Source: Octopus sinensis
Lineage: Eukaryota
Length of the DNA stretch: 64,000 nucleotides
Assembly: GCF_006345805.1 (NCBI RefSeq)
Contig: NC_042997.1
Span: 53,134,001-53,198,000, forward strand
Reading direction: 5' to 3'
The notes under the pieces were generated by a model. The model was not told where the DNA came from. It saw nothing but the letters and a program-made list of their open reading frames with translations, and made no database searches. Shown here piece by piece: positions 1 through 12,467 of this stretch. Position numbers and translations under genes: made by a program. The first letter of the stretch is position 1. The number at the start of each line of letters is the position of its first letter.

Positions 1-642
1 AAGACATTGCTGTCATCTGGCAGCTGGCTATACTCAGTATACAGGAAAATTGGCAGTTAGATCGCCAAGGAAATAAATTCATTTAAATGTTCAGATTGTT
101 CCCTATAAGTAACTGATAACTTTGATTATCTAGGTAGTCTGATAAACTGGATGTTGATGTTCTGAAAGCATAGAACCAAAGGAAAAAATGAGGTAGGAAA
201 AGTTCAATGTCCTCTTAATTTTATTGGTAATAAAAGGATTTTTCTGTCTAATTGAAGAGCAGATTATATGATATTTGTAGCTAATGTTACAAGACAGTCA
301 AAAATGGTGACTGAATCTGGAAGATGTAATGATCATCAACTTGATCTTGAGCATAACCACTTTCTTATTGTAGATATGCCTGTAACTGGTTCGTTAGCTT
401 TCTATTAACAAGTTCTATTTCATTATCTACAATGATAAAAAAATAATACAACTGATAGAAGAGCGAGTTATGGTGGGATGAGCAATAAGGAGATGAAAGC
501 AAGTAGCAGATGTAGACAGAGACATATTAGTCATGGGACCCATGATAGGGATATATTAATCATGGGACCAAAAGGTGTGCATGCATATACACATACATAT
601 GCAAGTTATGAGAAGTATTTAAGGAAATATGTGGTAATTTAA

Positions 643-857
643 AGGTAGTGAGCTGGCAGAAACATTAGCATGCCAGGCAAAATGGCTTAGCAGTATTTTG
701 TCTGTCTTTACATTCTGAGTTCAAATTCCTCTAAGGTTGACTTTGTCTTTCATCCTTTCGGGGTCGATAAATTAAGTAGTAGTTGCATACTGGGGTCGAT
801 CTAATTGACTGGCCCCCCCTCCAAATATTTTGGGCCTTGTGCCCAGAGTAGAAAAAA
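643..857 (+). mobile_element. tRNA-derived SINE, family A (gagctggcagaa... ctttcatcctttcggggtcgataaattaagtacc)
   Basis: The same about 215-bp sequence recurs at about 2690, 24620, 24865, 28095, 28420, 32825, 35945, 48110 and 61281, and on the minus strand at about 29215. It has a gagttcaaattc B-box-like motif. Confidence 0.85.
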
Positions 858-1039
858 ATATGCGGTAATTTAATGAACCAACTCTAATCCAGCAAAAACT
901 AAATGTATTTCAATAAAAATTTGTGCACAATCATGGTGGTTCTACAGCATCACTGCAGCCACGTGGCTGAAATGAATAAAAAAATAAAAGGATACATGCT
1001 CTCAAGAAGCTTTCTTATAATCTTATTTTATGAACCCAC

Positions 1040-1225
1040 ATTCAGCTTTGATGGCTGCTTCAGAGCAGGATCAGAATAATTGATATACCTCCTCTAAACG
1101 GCCTGTATTCATTTCAGACATTACCTTGACAATAGCGACTTTCAGTGAAGCTATGGTATTGTGAGGATGTTGATTGGTCCCCCATTCAACAACACCCCAA
1201 AGAAAGTAGACCATGATATTATTAT
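1040..1225 (-). mobile_element. Tc1/mariner transposase C-terminal remnant
   Basis: Translation YFLWGVVEWGTNQHPHNTIASLKVAIVKVM resembles the D(Y/F).LWG..E....H.....L segment that follows the SPDLNP motif. Degenerate. Confidence 0.55.
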
Positions 1226-2061
1226 ATATATATATATATATCGCTTTTTCTCTGTCAATCATTCACACATTCAATCACTACAAAAAGTGAATAAAAAATT
1301 TCAGTTATCTCTCTCTCTCACACACACATACCACAAGCACACACTGCAGCAACATTACTCTCCCTGTCTCTTCACACACACTAATAAAAGCACTTCACAT
1401 ACACACCACACTTAGTGTCTCGCACACCCCATCAAACACACACTCTCTCTCTCTCTCTCTCTCTCTCTCACGTATGCACACCCATTCTTCCGATTCACAC
1501 CAACTTCAAAAGAACTTCCCTCATACAATCGCACTCTCTCTGTCTCTTTCGCTTTCACGCCGACTTCAAAAAAATCCCCTTTTCCCACAACCCCATATGT
1601 GGTTTGTAAGTGACAGTCGTGTGACTAGTATCGTAAGATCGCCCTTAAGTCTAAAGAAAGTGGATATTAATTATTGATTTGGACACCAAATAGTTAAAAA
1701 AAATCCTCGGAATCCATATTAATCGGGAAATGTATTACTTTTGTATTTCTTTTGTAAATTTAAACACAAAGATAATGTACATTATTGTTGCATATATGAT
1801 CACAGAACAGTTTAAATATAGTATGATTCCATACATATAGAATTCCGAGCTTTATTACATAATTTGATCTGCATTTATATACCAGTTTAGAACAGAATTG
1901 GTGAAATTTAAGAAATAATCAAGAATCCTGATCTTGACGTTTTTTTTTTATATTTTTAATACATTGCTTTTGTTACGTAATTTTCAAAATAATCCAGAAT
2001 CTCACAATAAATCTTTCTATTTGAAATTCAAATCTCATTTTAGTACTTGAAACATTCAGAC

Positions 2062-2205
2062 GCAGGAGTGGCTGTGTGGTAAGTAGCTTGCTTACCAACC
2101 ACATGGTTCCGGGTTCAGTCTCACTGCATGGCACCATGGCACCTCGGGCCGACGAAAGCCTTGTGAGTAGATTTGGTAGACGGAAACTGAAAGAAGCCCG
2201 TCGTA

Positions 2206-2250
<45 letters not shown>

Positions 2251-2345
2251 TTGTGTCTAGGCTTACAAAGAATAAGTCCTGGAGTCGATTTGCGGTGCTC
2301 CAGCATGGCCACAGTCAAAAGACTGAAACAAATAGAAGAGAAGAG
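2062..2345 (+). mobile_element. tRNA-derived SINE, family B (CORE-like; gcaggagtggctgtgtggtaag...)
   Basis: Related copies at about 9540, 46375, 55090 and 61236. Fuller copies carry the CORE-like ccttgggcaagtg motif. Internal (TA)n(TG)n tract. Confidence 0.85.
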
Positions 2346-2690
2346 TACATATAGAATTCCGGGCCTTGTTACTTACATAATTTGATCTGCATTTATATAC
2401 CGGTTTAGAACAGAATTGGTGAAATTTTAAAAATAATCAAGGATCCTGATCTTGACCTTTTTTTTATAATATTTTTAATACATTGCCTTGCTACGTAATT
2501 TTCAAAATAATCCAGAATCTCACTATAAATCTTTCTATTTGAAATTCAAATCTCATTTTAGTACTTTGAAGCATTCAGGTACTCCATACATAATTTAATA
2601 ATATTCAATACAGAGTTGTTTCCCTTCAATAGCATTTTAGTTAGAGTAGAGCAGCAGCTAAGACGTGTTGCTTATATCTTCAACAAAAGA

Positions 2691-2902
2691 AGGCGGCGAG
2701 CTGGCAGAAACGTTAACACGCCGGGCGAAATGCCGTTACGTTCTGGGTTCAAATTCCACCGAGGTCGACTTTGTCTTTCATCCTTTCGGGGTCGATAAAT
2801 TAAGTACCAGTTACGCACTGGGTCGATGTAATCGACTTAATCCGTTTCTCTATCCTTGTTTGTCCCCTCTATGTTTAGCCCCTTGTGGGTAGTAAAAAAA
2901 TA
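2691..2902 (+). mobile_element. Young family-A SINE with 15-bp TSD
   Basis: tatatcttcaacaaa at 2673-2687 and 2903-2917. CpGs retained. Confidence 0.9.
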
Positions 2903-2982
2903 TATATCTTCAACAAATTGCATCATAAATGGGAGCATAAACGAATCTGAAAATTGAGTCTAGACAATAAAATGACCTAGAT

Positions 2983-3161
2983 CAGTGGTTTTCAACCAGG
3001 GTTCCGCAAGAAGTTACAAAACTGCTAAAATCGGCAGTAATTTTTAATTTTCCTGTGCAGATATGTCTGCATAAGACTATTAAATTATTGCACAGGGGTT
3101 CCCCGAGCCAATGGAATGTTTCCTTGGAGTTCCGCTCCAGCAAAAAGTTTGAAAAGCACTG
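2983..3161 (+). mobile_element. hAT (Charlie-like) MITE
   Basis: TIRs CAGTGGTTTTCAACC / GTTTGAAAAGCACTG, with an 8-bp TSD acctagat / ccctagat (NNCTAGNN pattern). Confidence 0.8.
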
Positions 3162-3199
3162 CCCTAGATTATCTACCCACAGAAAGAAGAATAGAAATA

Positions 3200-3340
3200 T
3201 TAGGTTGTCCCAAAAGTTCGTAAACACTTGCGAAAATTGAATTTTTACTCGCCAAGTACTAACAAAAACAACAAAAATTATTCCTCAAAATAAAGACCAT
3301 TATTTTCCAAGACTTTCTACGAACTTTTGGCACAACCTTA
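3200..3340. mobile_element. Mariner-type MITE
   Basis: TIRs taggttgtcccaaaagttcgta / tacgaacttttggcacaacctta, flanked by TA. Confidence 0.75.
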
Positions 3341-3639
3341 TAAATAAGAACGATACAGGGAGGTAACTCTTTCTAAGAAAAATAGTTGCTTAGAATGTCT
3401 TCAAAGGGACAGTATCTTCTGAGGTAACGTTTTTATAGATATACATTTTTGTTTATTTCGTGTTACGAAATCATAAAATACAGATTTGTGTTAGAAATTT
3501 GCAGAACCAGTCGTATGTTTATTCTTTATGTAAGCTAAATTACATTTCTGAATATATTTCTGCATTTTTTAGTCACAGTTTCATCCCAGCAACTTTTTAA
3601 ATTGTGTCGTCTGCTTGAATCACTAATCGGCGTTTCTCT

Positions 3640-3807
3640 CTGTCATCCCCCTCTCTCTCTCTGTCTCTCTCTTCCTCCCTTTCTATATCACCCTCTCTCT
3701 GTCTCTCTCTTCCTCTCTTTCTATATCACCCTCTCTCTCTCTGTCTCTCTCTTCCTCCCTTTCTATATCACCCTCTCTCTCTCTCTCTCTTCCTCCCTTT
3801 CTATATC

Positions 3808-3840
<33 letters not shown>
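3640..3840. repeat. CT-rich low-complexity tandem repeat (ctctgtctctctcttcctccctttctatatcaccctct, about 4 copies)
   Basis: tttctatatcaccctctctct is repeated four times. Confidence 0.85.
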
Positions 3841-3842
<2 letters not shown>

Positions 3843-3874
3843 GTTAAGAGCTAGAGGATCTTTTCTGTTTGATG

Positions 3875-4567
3875 CAAAGGGTCTAATTTCGTTGAGGATT
3901 TCTACAAAGGGTTTAATTTCGTTGAGGATTTCTACAAAGGGTCTAATTTCGTTGAGGATTTCTACAAAGGGTCTAATTTCGTTGAGGATTTCTACAAAGG
4001 GTCTAATTTCGTTGAGGATTTCTACAAAGGGTCTAATTTCGTTGAGGATATCTTCAAAGGGTCTAATTTCGTTGAGGATTTCTACAAAGGGTCTAATTTC
4101 GTTGAGGATTTCTACAAAGGGTCTAATTTCGTTGAGGATTTCTACAAAGGGTCTAATTTTGTTGAGGATATCTTCAAAGGGTCTAATTTCGTTGAGGATT
4201 TCTACAAAGGGTCTAATTTCGTTGAGGATTTCTACAAAGGGTCTAATTTCGTTGAGGATTTCTACAAAGGGTCTAATTTCATTGAGGATATCTTCAAAGG
4301 GTCTAATTTCGTTGAGGATTTCTACAAAGGGTCTAATTTCGTTGAGGATTTCTACAAAGGGTTTAATTTCGTTGAGGATTTCTACAAAGGGTCTAATTTC
4401 GTTGAGGATTTCTACAAAGGGTCTAATTTCGTTGAGGATTTCTACAAAGGGTCTAATTTCGTTGAGGATTTCTTCAAAGGGTCTAATTTCGTTGAGGATT
4501 TCTTCAAAGGGTCTAATTTCGTTGAGGATTTCTACAAAGGGTCTAATTTCGTTAAGGATTTCTACAG
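3875..4567. repeat. 30-bp minisatellite (aaagggtctaatttcgttgaggatttctac), about 23 copies
   Basis: Directly visible head-to-tail units with no spacers. Confidence 0.97.
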
Positions 4568-5047
4568 CACTGGTTTTGCATGCCAATTACGAAAATAATT
4601 ACCATTGTTTGAAGAAATTAGGGCATATCTACACAAGTGTGTTCCCTACCATCTTTCACCAACCTTGTTTCCTCATAACTTTCAGAATAAATGAGTATTT
4701 TTAAAGGAAATTTGATGTAGATTACGATATCAAAATTCAAGGTTAAAAAAAATAGTGGGTACGCACACATACGTGTTGTCACACATCACATATCTCTACA
4801 AAATGAAACTTGAATTGTTGCAAAAACTATGTGATGTGTATCAGTATGTATGTGTACCACCATTCTTTTTCCATTTTAATTTTTCATATAATCATAATAT
4901 ACACCATCTGGAAGATATCTGTATAAAATTTTATTAAAATGATTTACATTATCCTGGCATCCTGTTGAGCTTCTTTTTTCTTTATTTAAGTATAATATGC
5001 ACGTATGTATGTATGTATGTATGTATGTATGTGTGTGTGCGTGTGTG

Positions 5048-5080
<33 letters not shown>

Positions 5081-5399
5081 AAACACTTATTAAATTTTCA
5101 ATTGCTTTTACAATTGTAAAACAATATTATAAGAATAATCCGAGTAAATGTATATGTACTGATAAAAAAGACATGATTTTCAGTTTTATATGCATATAAT
5201 TTGGATTTATTTATTTATGTTTTTAACACCTGATTTAGATATTCTTGAAACAGCAGGAGTAACATTCTGAAATATGACGGAAAGGGTGCATAGGACAAAA
5301 ATGTTTAAGAATCAGGAATCCAAGATTTCTTTCTTAACCAATCCTTCTCTGTGATAATTTATTCTTTTTATGCTATTTCATAAGTGGATGAACCAAGCA

Positions 5400-6400
5400 C
5401 CTCCTCCTCCTCCTCCTCCTCCACCTCCTCCTTTTAACATTTGTTTTCTAGTCTGGCATGTGTTAGACAGTTTCAGAAGAATTGGTAAGTTAGAAGACTA
5501 CTCCAAGTTCTACTGTCTGCTTCAGCATGGTTTCTATGGTTGGATGTCCTTCGTAATGCCAACCATTTTACAGAATGTACTGAGTGCTTTTTATGTGGTG
5601 CTATCAGTAAGTGAAGTCACCAACTAACTTGCAGGACAAAGCCCCTCAACTTGTGGGGAGAAGTATTGAAGGGAAAAAAAGGTGTCTTGCATTAGAGGAA
5701 AAACATGGCTACCTCAGGTGGAGAGAGAGAGAGGAGATGGTGAAGGTGTTATGGGGAAGGAGGCAGGAGCCATACACCTAAGTTACAGGGAAGTGTATAT
5801 AGTGAAGTGGACTTGGAATTGGAGAGGGTGAGTGGGTGAGTGAATTCAAAAGATTGCGAAAGGAGTGTGGGTGTTGATGAGGTGTGAGAGGGAATTTAAT
5901 TAGTGGGCATAAGTGCAGGGAGGGCATATTAGGAAGATATGTTATAGGGAAGGGATTCAACAAGTAGGTATGTGAGAGAATATGAATGGGAAGGGAATAC
6001 TGCAATGGTGAGTATGGGTGGGGGAAAGGGTGCTATGAACATAAAAGACATGCTTTTATAGCCTGGATTTTATTTAGCCAGGCTGGGTTTTCTATACTGT
6101 AAATCATCAATCATCTTAGTCTTTTGTCATCTTCTCTGTGAGGCTCAATATCTGAAGATCATTTCTCACCACTTCATCCCACACCTTCCTGGGTCTTCCT
6201 TTTCCACAGGTTCCCTTATTTAGAGATAAGCATGTCTTTATGCAGTTTTCTTGTCCATATGCACCATACCAGCACAGTCTTCTCTCTTACACACCACAAC
6301 TGATGCCTGTTATACCCAATATTTCTTCAAAACATTTACACTTTGTCGTGCATGCACACTGACATTACACACTTATTATATTAACAAATGATAGATAAAG
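5400..6400 (-). mobile_element. 5'-truncated RTE-clade LINE (3' ORF end, 3'UTR, trinucleotide tail)
   Basis: Decayed GTCG.GRP.KTW motif near 6190, the ggatg(c)ccttc..aatgccaacc 3'UTR motif, and a (GGA)n tail at about 5400. Confidence 0.65.
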
Positions 6401-6639
6401 ATAATATAATGTCCAAAATTCACTGATCCATGTATATATTGTTCCAGATTTACTATACCTTCATCTTATTTAAGACCATACCATATACTCTAATGTGCAG
6501 TGGGTAAGTGCATAATTAGTAGTGTTATAATCTGAATATGTTATGTTCCTATTTCTGTATGCTTGCAGTTGTTATTGCTTAGCCCCCAGTTAGCTTTGAT
6601 CAAGTAGACCTATGATCAAAAGCATTCCAGCCATGACCA

Positions 6640-8170
6640 TCTCATCATCATCATCATCCTCATTTAACATTCATTTAACATTCCTATGCATGCATAGGAC
6701 AGTTGACAGGGACCAGCCAAGTAGAAGGCTACCCCAGTCTACTGTGTCTGTTTTGGCAGGGTTTTTGCAGCTGAATACCCTTTCTAACACCAGCCACTCT
6801 GCAGAGTGAACTCAGTGCTTTTAACGTGGCACTAGCACAGGCAAGGTTAGTTTTGGTATGATTTTTACAGCTGGATGCCCTTCCAAATGCCAACCACTTT
6901 ACAGTGTGGACCAGATGCTTTTTGCATTGCACCAGCACCAAATACTCACGAGACAAGGAATTTTGAGAGGGACAGAGGCATTTGAGGAAGGAACATTTGT
7001 CAGAAAATGAAAGGTTAGAGTGTGACAGAGAAATAGAGAGGCAGAAACAGCTGTTTTGCTATAGAGGAGGTACATGATTACTCAGAGAGAGAGAGAAGAG
7101 AAAGGAAGGGAGAGGAAGTGAGAGGGAGAAAGAGAGTGAGAGAGGGAGAGAGATACAAGAAAGAGGACAGAAACAGATGTGCTGATATAAAGGAGCTAAT
7201 TGGTTAACTAGTCAGAGGGAAAAGCAAGAGAAGGAGAGAAAGAGTGATCAAGAATGTGGTCAGAAACAGATGTACTGCTATAGAGGAGATACATGGCTAC
7301 CTAGCCAGAGTGAAGAGCAAGGGGAAGAGAGAGAGAGGGTGGGAAATAGCAAAAATGCAAGAGAGCAGGAGATGGTGAAGTGCCAGGGTATACTCACAAG
7401 TTACAAGGATCAGAACATAGGTGTGATGGTAGAGTAAAGAAGGGAGAAGTATGGAGGTCATAATATACGTGGTCAGGTATTACCAAGAAGATGCAAATAG
7501 GGACTGGGAATTGCAGTGACTTTACTCATATGCATCACATGTCCAAACCAATGCATTCTCCTCTTCTGCATGCCATATTTAATCCCTCTTATGCCTTACT
7601 TTTCTCTCAACATAGTTGTGCTTTGTCGGTCATACATATTGATGTTGCAAATCTGATGGAGTATACCACCTTCATTCCTCTCCAGTCTATGCATGTCCTC
7701 CACATTCAGAGTCTCTGTTTCACTACCATGTAGTATAGCCATTCTCACATAAGCATCATACAATCTACCTTTTACTCTGAGAGAGAGTCATTTTGTTGAG
7801 AACAGAGATAGTAGCTCTCTGAACTTCTATCCTCTTCTTATTCTAGAAACAATACTTTCAGAGCATCCACCACCATTACTAATTTGGTCACCTAAGTAGT
7901 AGAAACTATCTACTACCTCTAGAGAGCTACCTGGGCATTTGATAGAGTCTAAGTCTCTCATGTTCTTAGTGATTGCTGTTCCTGTGTATCTGCCACACAC
8001 AAAAGCAACCTTATCTGTTAACCTACCTGCGATTCCACTGCATTTCTTATGCACCCATAGCTTACATTGGGTGTAGCAAATGGAATTACTTCCCACTCCT
8101 TTCCTACATATTGAGCTGGGCCATTTTCCTGGAGGAAAGAGAGTCTTATCTGTTTTCTTGCTAACAAGAA
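6640..8170 (-). mobile_element. 5'-truncated RTE-clade LINE
   Basis: ORF 7827..8096 (GSNSIC..C..WVHKKCSG...LEVVDSFYYLGD) and RMHWFGHV near 7550, with a (GAT)n tail at about 6640. Confidence 0.85.
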
Positions 8171-10611
8171 AGAAATAAAATGGAATGTTATGGAACTGTC
8201 AAAATAGGTGAAAAAGAATATTTCAGAATTTTAGCTTCTATTGTTATCTGAATTTTACAGTGAGTGTCTGGGTTTTCAGTTCATAACAAACTCTTGTTGT
8301 GTTGAAGCATATTAGTATAAATAAACAATATGTATTAATAAATAATTCCATTTTTATCTATTATTTTGTGATTCATAAGAAAAAGAAAAATATTCAAATT
8401 TTAATTTTGGTTAGAATCTTACTGTGCTGCTAACTAGAAACAGCAGCTAAATCTCACTCAAATCACACCTTCCCATCTTAAACAAAAAATTGAAAGGAAC
8501 ATGTAACAATGTAATTTTAAATGCAGAAACAGATGGGATAGTCACACCAAGAATACCTGAAATCATAGGTCTGCTCAATCAAGCCTAACCTAAGAGCTAA
8601 ACAAAAACAACAATAAGTCATGTGGGTGAGGAAAAATACCTCAGAGGAGTGTTCTGTATACTAAATGCAGAAACAGTAGGGTCTTGCCTTATTTATTGCA
8701 GAGAATTGAAAAAAAAACTTTGATCCTTAAAACACACTCCTAGTAAAAGAATTTTCACACTAACTAGTTTAAGTATTTTTACTTATCACTTTTCCAAACA
8801 GAGAAGATGATAATTGTTGATCACTTGAAAGAAATTAAGAAATTATAAATACGTTACATTTCTCTTGATCGAAGAGAAGAGCTTTAAATTGTATTTGGTT
8901 TTAAATAATCTTAACGGACAAATGTTAGATTGTTTATTTCTTCTTCAGGAAAGACTCAGACAAAAATAAATAGATTTATGAGGAAAACCCAAAATTTAGA
9001 TCAAATATTTTATTTTGTTTCTTTTTATTCATGTAACAAAATATTCAACAGTTTATTATCTCTTATACATATGAAAATAACAATTGACATATATACATTT
9101 GCATATAAACAACATATAAGATAGACGTTGACATATAAATATGAATGTTCGTATGTACACATATGAATATAATATCACATTTTCTCCAGTTTGAAAATTG
9201 GGAAAATAAAAAAAAATTCACATTCTTACTAATATATAATTCCTCTCAATTTCAAACATAGATTCAACAGTTATAAATTAGTCATTGTTTACAACAAGTA
9301 GCCTGTAAAATAATGAAAATGGCAGTAATGATTTTTTTTTTTTTTTAAGACAATAAATTTTAGTTGAGGACATGAAAGAAACATAATTTTAACATGTTCA
9401 ATGTTCATGAAATATTACCGAAATATTACTAAGTAAAAGAAAAAATTAGTCTGCTTACATTTTATAAATACTGATGTTTGATCGATAAATTGAATTACCA
9501 ATAATTTGGGACTGTTTTCAACTGATCACAACACTGTCAGCCACAGTATAACCAAATGGTTAAGAAGTTCACTTTGCAACCATGAAGTGTTGGGTTCAAT
9601 CCCACTGCATAGCATCTTTGGCAAATGTTATTTTCTGTAGCCTCAGATCATCTTGTGAGTTTGGGTAGACAGAAACTGTATAGAAGTTCATCTATATGGA
9701 TTGCACCTGTAATTCAAGGTACAGCCTTGTCACACAGATTTCTGTCTAAGAATTACATTAAAAGTACACATGTCTGTGGAATGCTCAGCCACTTACACGC
9801 TAATTTGGTAAGCAGGTAATCCATTTGATCACATAACTGAATACTCATCACCAAAATTGATGGAGATACATCCATATACACATTCACACGTCTAAGCACA
9901 TATATATATATATATTCATATACAAATAGACACACAGGTATACACATATTATGTCTTTAAGTGTATATCTATGTGTGTGTGTGTTTGTATGTATGCATGA
10001 TATGCATATATATATATATATATATTCATATACAAATAAACACACAGGTATACACATATTATGTCTTTAAGTGTATATCTATGTGTGTGTGTGTTTGTAT
10101 GTATGCATGATATGCATATATATATATATATATAATACATAATAGATACACACAAATAGAAGATGTATATGAATATGTATACGATGATGATGACATACAT
10201 GTGTATAACATTGGGGTCAAAAGTGGGTGGAGGTAGGATAAAGGAAAAAAATATATCACTGACTTTTAGGTACAAAAAAGTGAAGTTGTATTATATTTGA
10301 GATCACAACGAGTATATACGTATATACGTATATATAATTGTAAGTGTATCTGTGTGTGTATATCTGTGTGTGTGTTTGTATATATGTGTATATATATATA
10401 TATGTGTGTATGTATATACATATATATGTATATGTAAATATATATATATATATATATGTATATGTGTATATGTATGTATATATATGCATATATATGCATA
10501 TATTTGTATATTTATGTCTATGTATATATATCTATGCATATGTATATATATATATATATACATACATATATGTATATATATATATATAATGTATGTATAT
10601 ATGTGTGTGTG

Positions 10612-10711
<100 letters not shown>

Positions 10712-10774
10712 GTAAGCACTTAGGTGAAAAATAAGGTGGAAAAAATAGTACTTGAATACCAAAGGCAGAGTAAT

Positions 10775-11278
10775 ATACTATTTCATTAAAGCTGAGAAAA
10801 TCTTCACAAACTGTGACCATTTCAGGTGACCTTTCATCAGACATGTGTGATAATATAGAGTGATCCCCTTTGGTCATGAATGACCGTGGGATTGCACCTA
10901 GAATGTTACCCTCCAAGGCACAAGTCCGGGCAAGATTGTTTATGGATGACCAGCAGTTGCCCATGCATACCAGCCTCTCCTCTCCATGCCACAAATGTTA
11001 TCCAAGAGAAAGGCAAAGGCTGATATAGCTTGGCACCAGTGACATCACAACTCATTTCTACAGCTGAGTGAACTGGAGCAACATGGAATAAAGTGTCTTG
11101 CTCAAGAACACAACACGTAGCCCGGTCCAGGAATTGAACTCACAACCTCACGATCATAAGCCATGTGCCTTCATATGTGTGATAATATGGACTAATTATT
11201 CCATATCATCATAACTGTCTGATGAACAGTCACACGAAACTCTGAAACTCTTATGAAGATTTTTTCAGCTTTATTAAA

Positions 11279-11283
<5 letters not shown>
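10775..11283. mobile_element. Penelope-like inverted repeat carrying hammerhead-ribozyme cores (interrupted by a SINE)
   Basis: Minus-strand CTGATGA-AAGGTCACCT-GAAA-TGGTC-ACAGTT at 10809-10840, and plus-strand AACTGT-CTGATGA...GAAAC at 11213-11240. The arms share gaagatttt.tcagcttta.t.aaata. Confidence 0.6.
10857..11174 (-). mobile_element. tRNA-derived SINE, family C, with 14-bp TSD
   Basis: tRNA-like head (ggaattgaactcacaacc on plus) and gtgtcttgctcaagaacacaac body. TSD atgtgtgataatat at 10843-10856 and 11175-11188. Confidence 0.8.
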
Positions 11284-11316
<33 letters not shown>

Positions 11317-11356
11317 CACACACACACACACTCACACATACACTCACACACTCACA

Positions 11357-11387
<31 letters not shown>

Positions 11388-11491
11388 CCATACATTTGAA
11401 TAATTGATTGACCCACTGCTTGTTTTTAAAATGCAAGTAATAGGAAAGTAATCAAATTTAACAATAATTATGTATGTATAATTATAATTAT

Positions 11492-11534
<43 letters not shown>

Positions 11535-12195
11535 GAGTAAAACATTTTGGTAGTGTATAGAATAGTATATTGGCAGTATAGTATAAGGTCAGTCAAAAGA
11601 AATGAAAGAATTGTTCCTTTGTTTATACACAAGACAATAAAGACTTCAAATTTCTCAAGGAAATGAAATGAAATGGAATGAAATAAAATAGAGTAAAAAT
11701 ACAGTAGAATATTTAGTAGAGGCACAAGGCATTGTCAAACACTTGACAAAATATTCTTAAATGCTTTAATGTAACTATTCTACTTTATTTTAGTTAACTT
11801 TATCTTATTTCATTCCATTTCATTTCATTTCCTTGGAAAATTTGAAGATTTTTCTGAATATAAATAAACTTAATAATTTCTTCCTTTCTTCTGACTACTA
11901 ACTTTATTATGATGACTACCAACATTATATAATATATATATATATATATATATGCACACCACATGGATATAATTTCTCATCACCTAAATGCTTTAAGTAT
12001 TTTATTTAGATGGTGGTTCTTGAGTTTATAGACTCTCAAAATATAAGACAGTAATTCATGTAGACTGCTCTGTTCTTGAGAATATCTCAATTTTCATTGC
12101 CTCTTTAAAATCTTTGTGAGGAGGGAAACACATAGAAATTGTTGGTATGAAAACCATTTAGAGGGAGAAAGACTTTTCAAAAGTAGGTGTACTTT

Positions 12196-12202
12196 TTAAA
12201 GG
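12196..12202 (-). CDS. Candidate terminal coding micro-segment of the Asp-rich protein (CG|C CTT TAA gives ...EKDRL*)
   Basis: Donor-like CG|GTAAAT at 14447/14446, acceptor tttccatttCAG at 12204-12203, and AATAAA at 12001-12006. Other acceptors exist at about 13200, 13135 and 12965, so this assignment is not unique. Confidence 0.35.
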
Positions 12203-12432
12203 CTGAAATGGAAATTTTCAAATTTTGACATATGACATACACCAATAATATTGAAATGATTGTTTATATTTGTGTTCATATTATATTTTTGTGTGCTTGC
12301 ATGTGTATGTGTGATTGTATATATATCTGTGTTTGTGTCTATGTGTTTGTTTGTCTGTTAACATAAATGGAATTAAAGAGATCTGTTGATAAATATTTCC
12401 TTGCAAAACTCCTGGAAATAAAAAATTTTATG

Positions 12433-12467
<35 letters not shown>

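Noticed and set aside
1-420. Possible hAT transposase relic (CNDHQLDL...DMPVTGS)
   Set aside because: Resemblance to CxxH and TRWNS motifs is too weak and the frame is broken. It cannot be supported without a search.
3875-4567. CRISPR array
   Set aside because: Head-to-tail units with no unique spacers, no cas genes, and a eukaryotic context.
9895-10135. Tandem about 110-bp duplication
   Set aside because: Bounded by (TA)n runs and consistent with ordinary slippage. No further structure.
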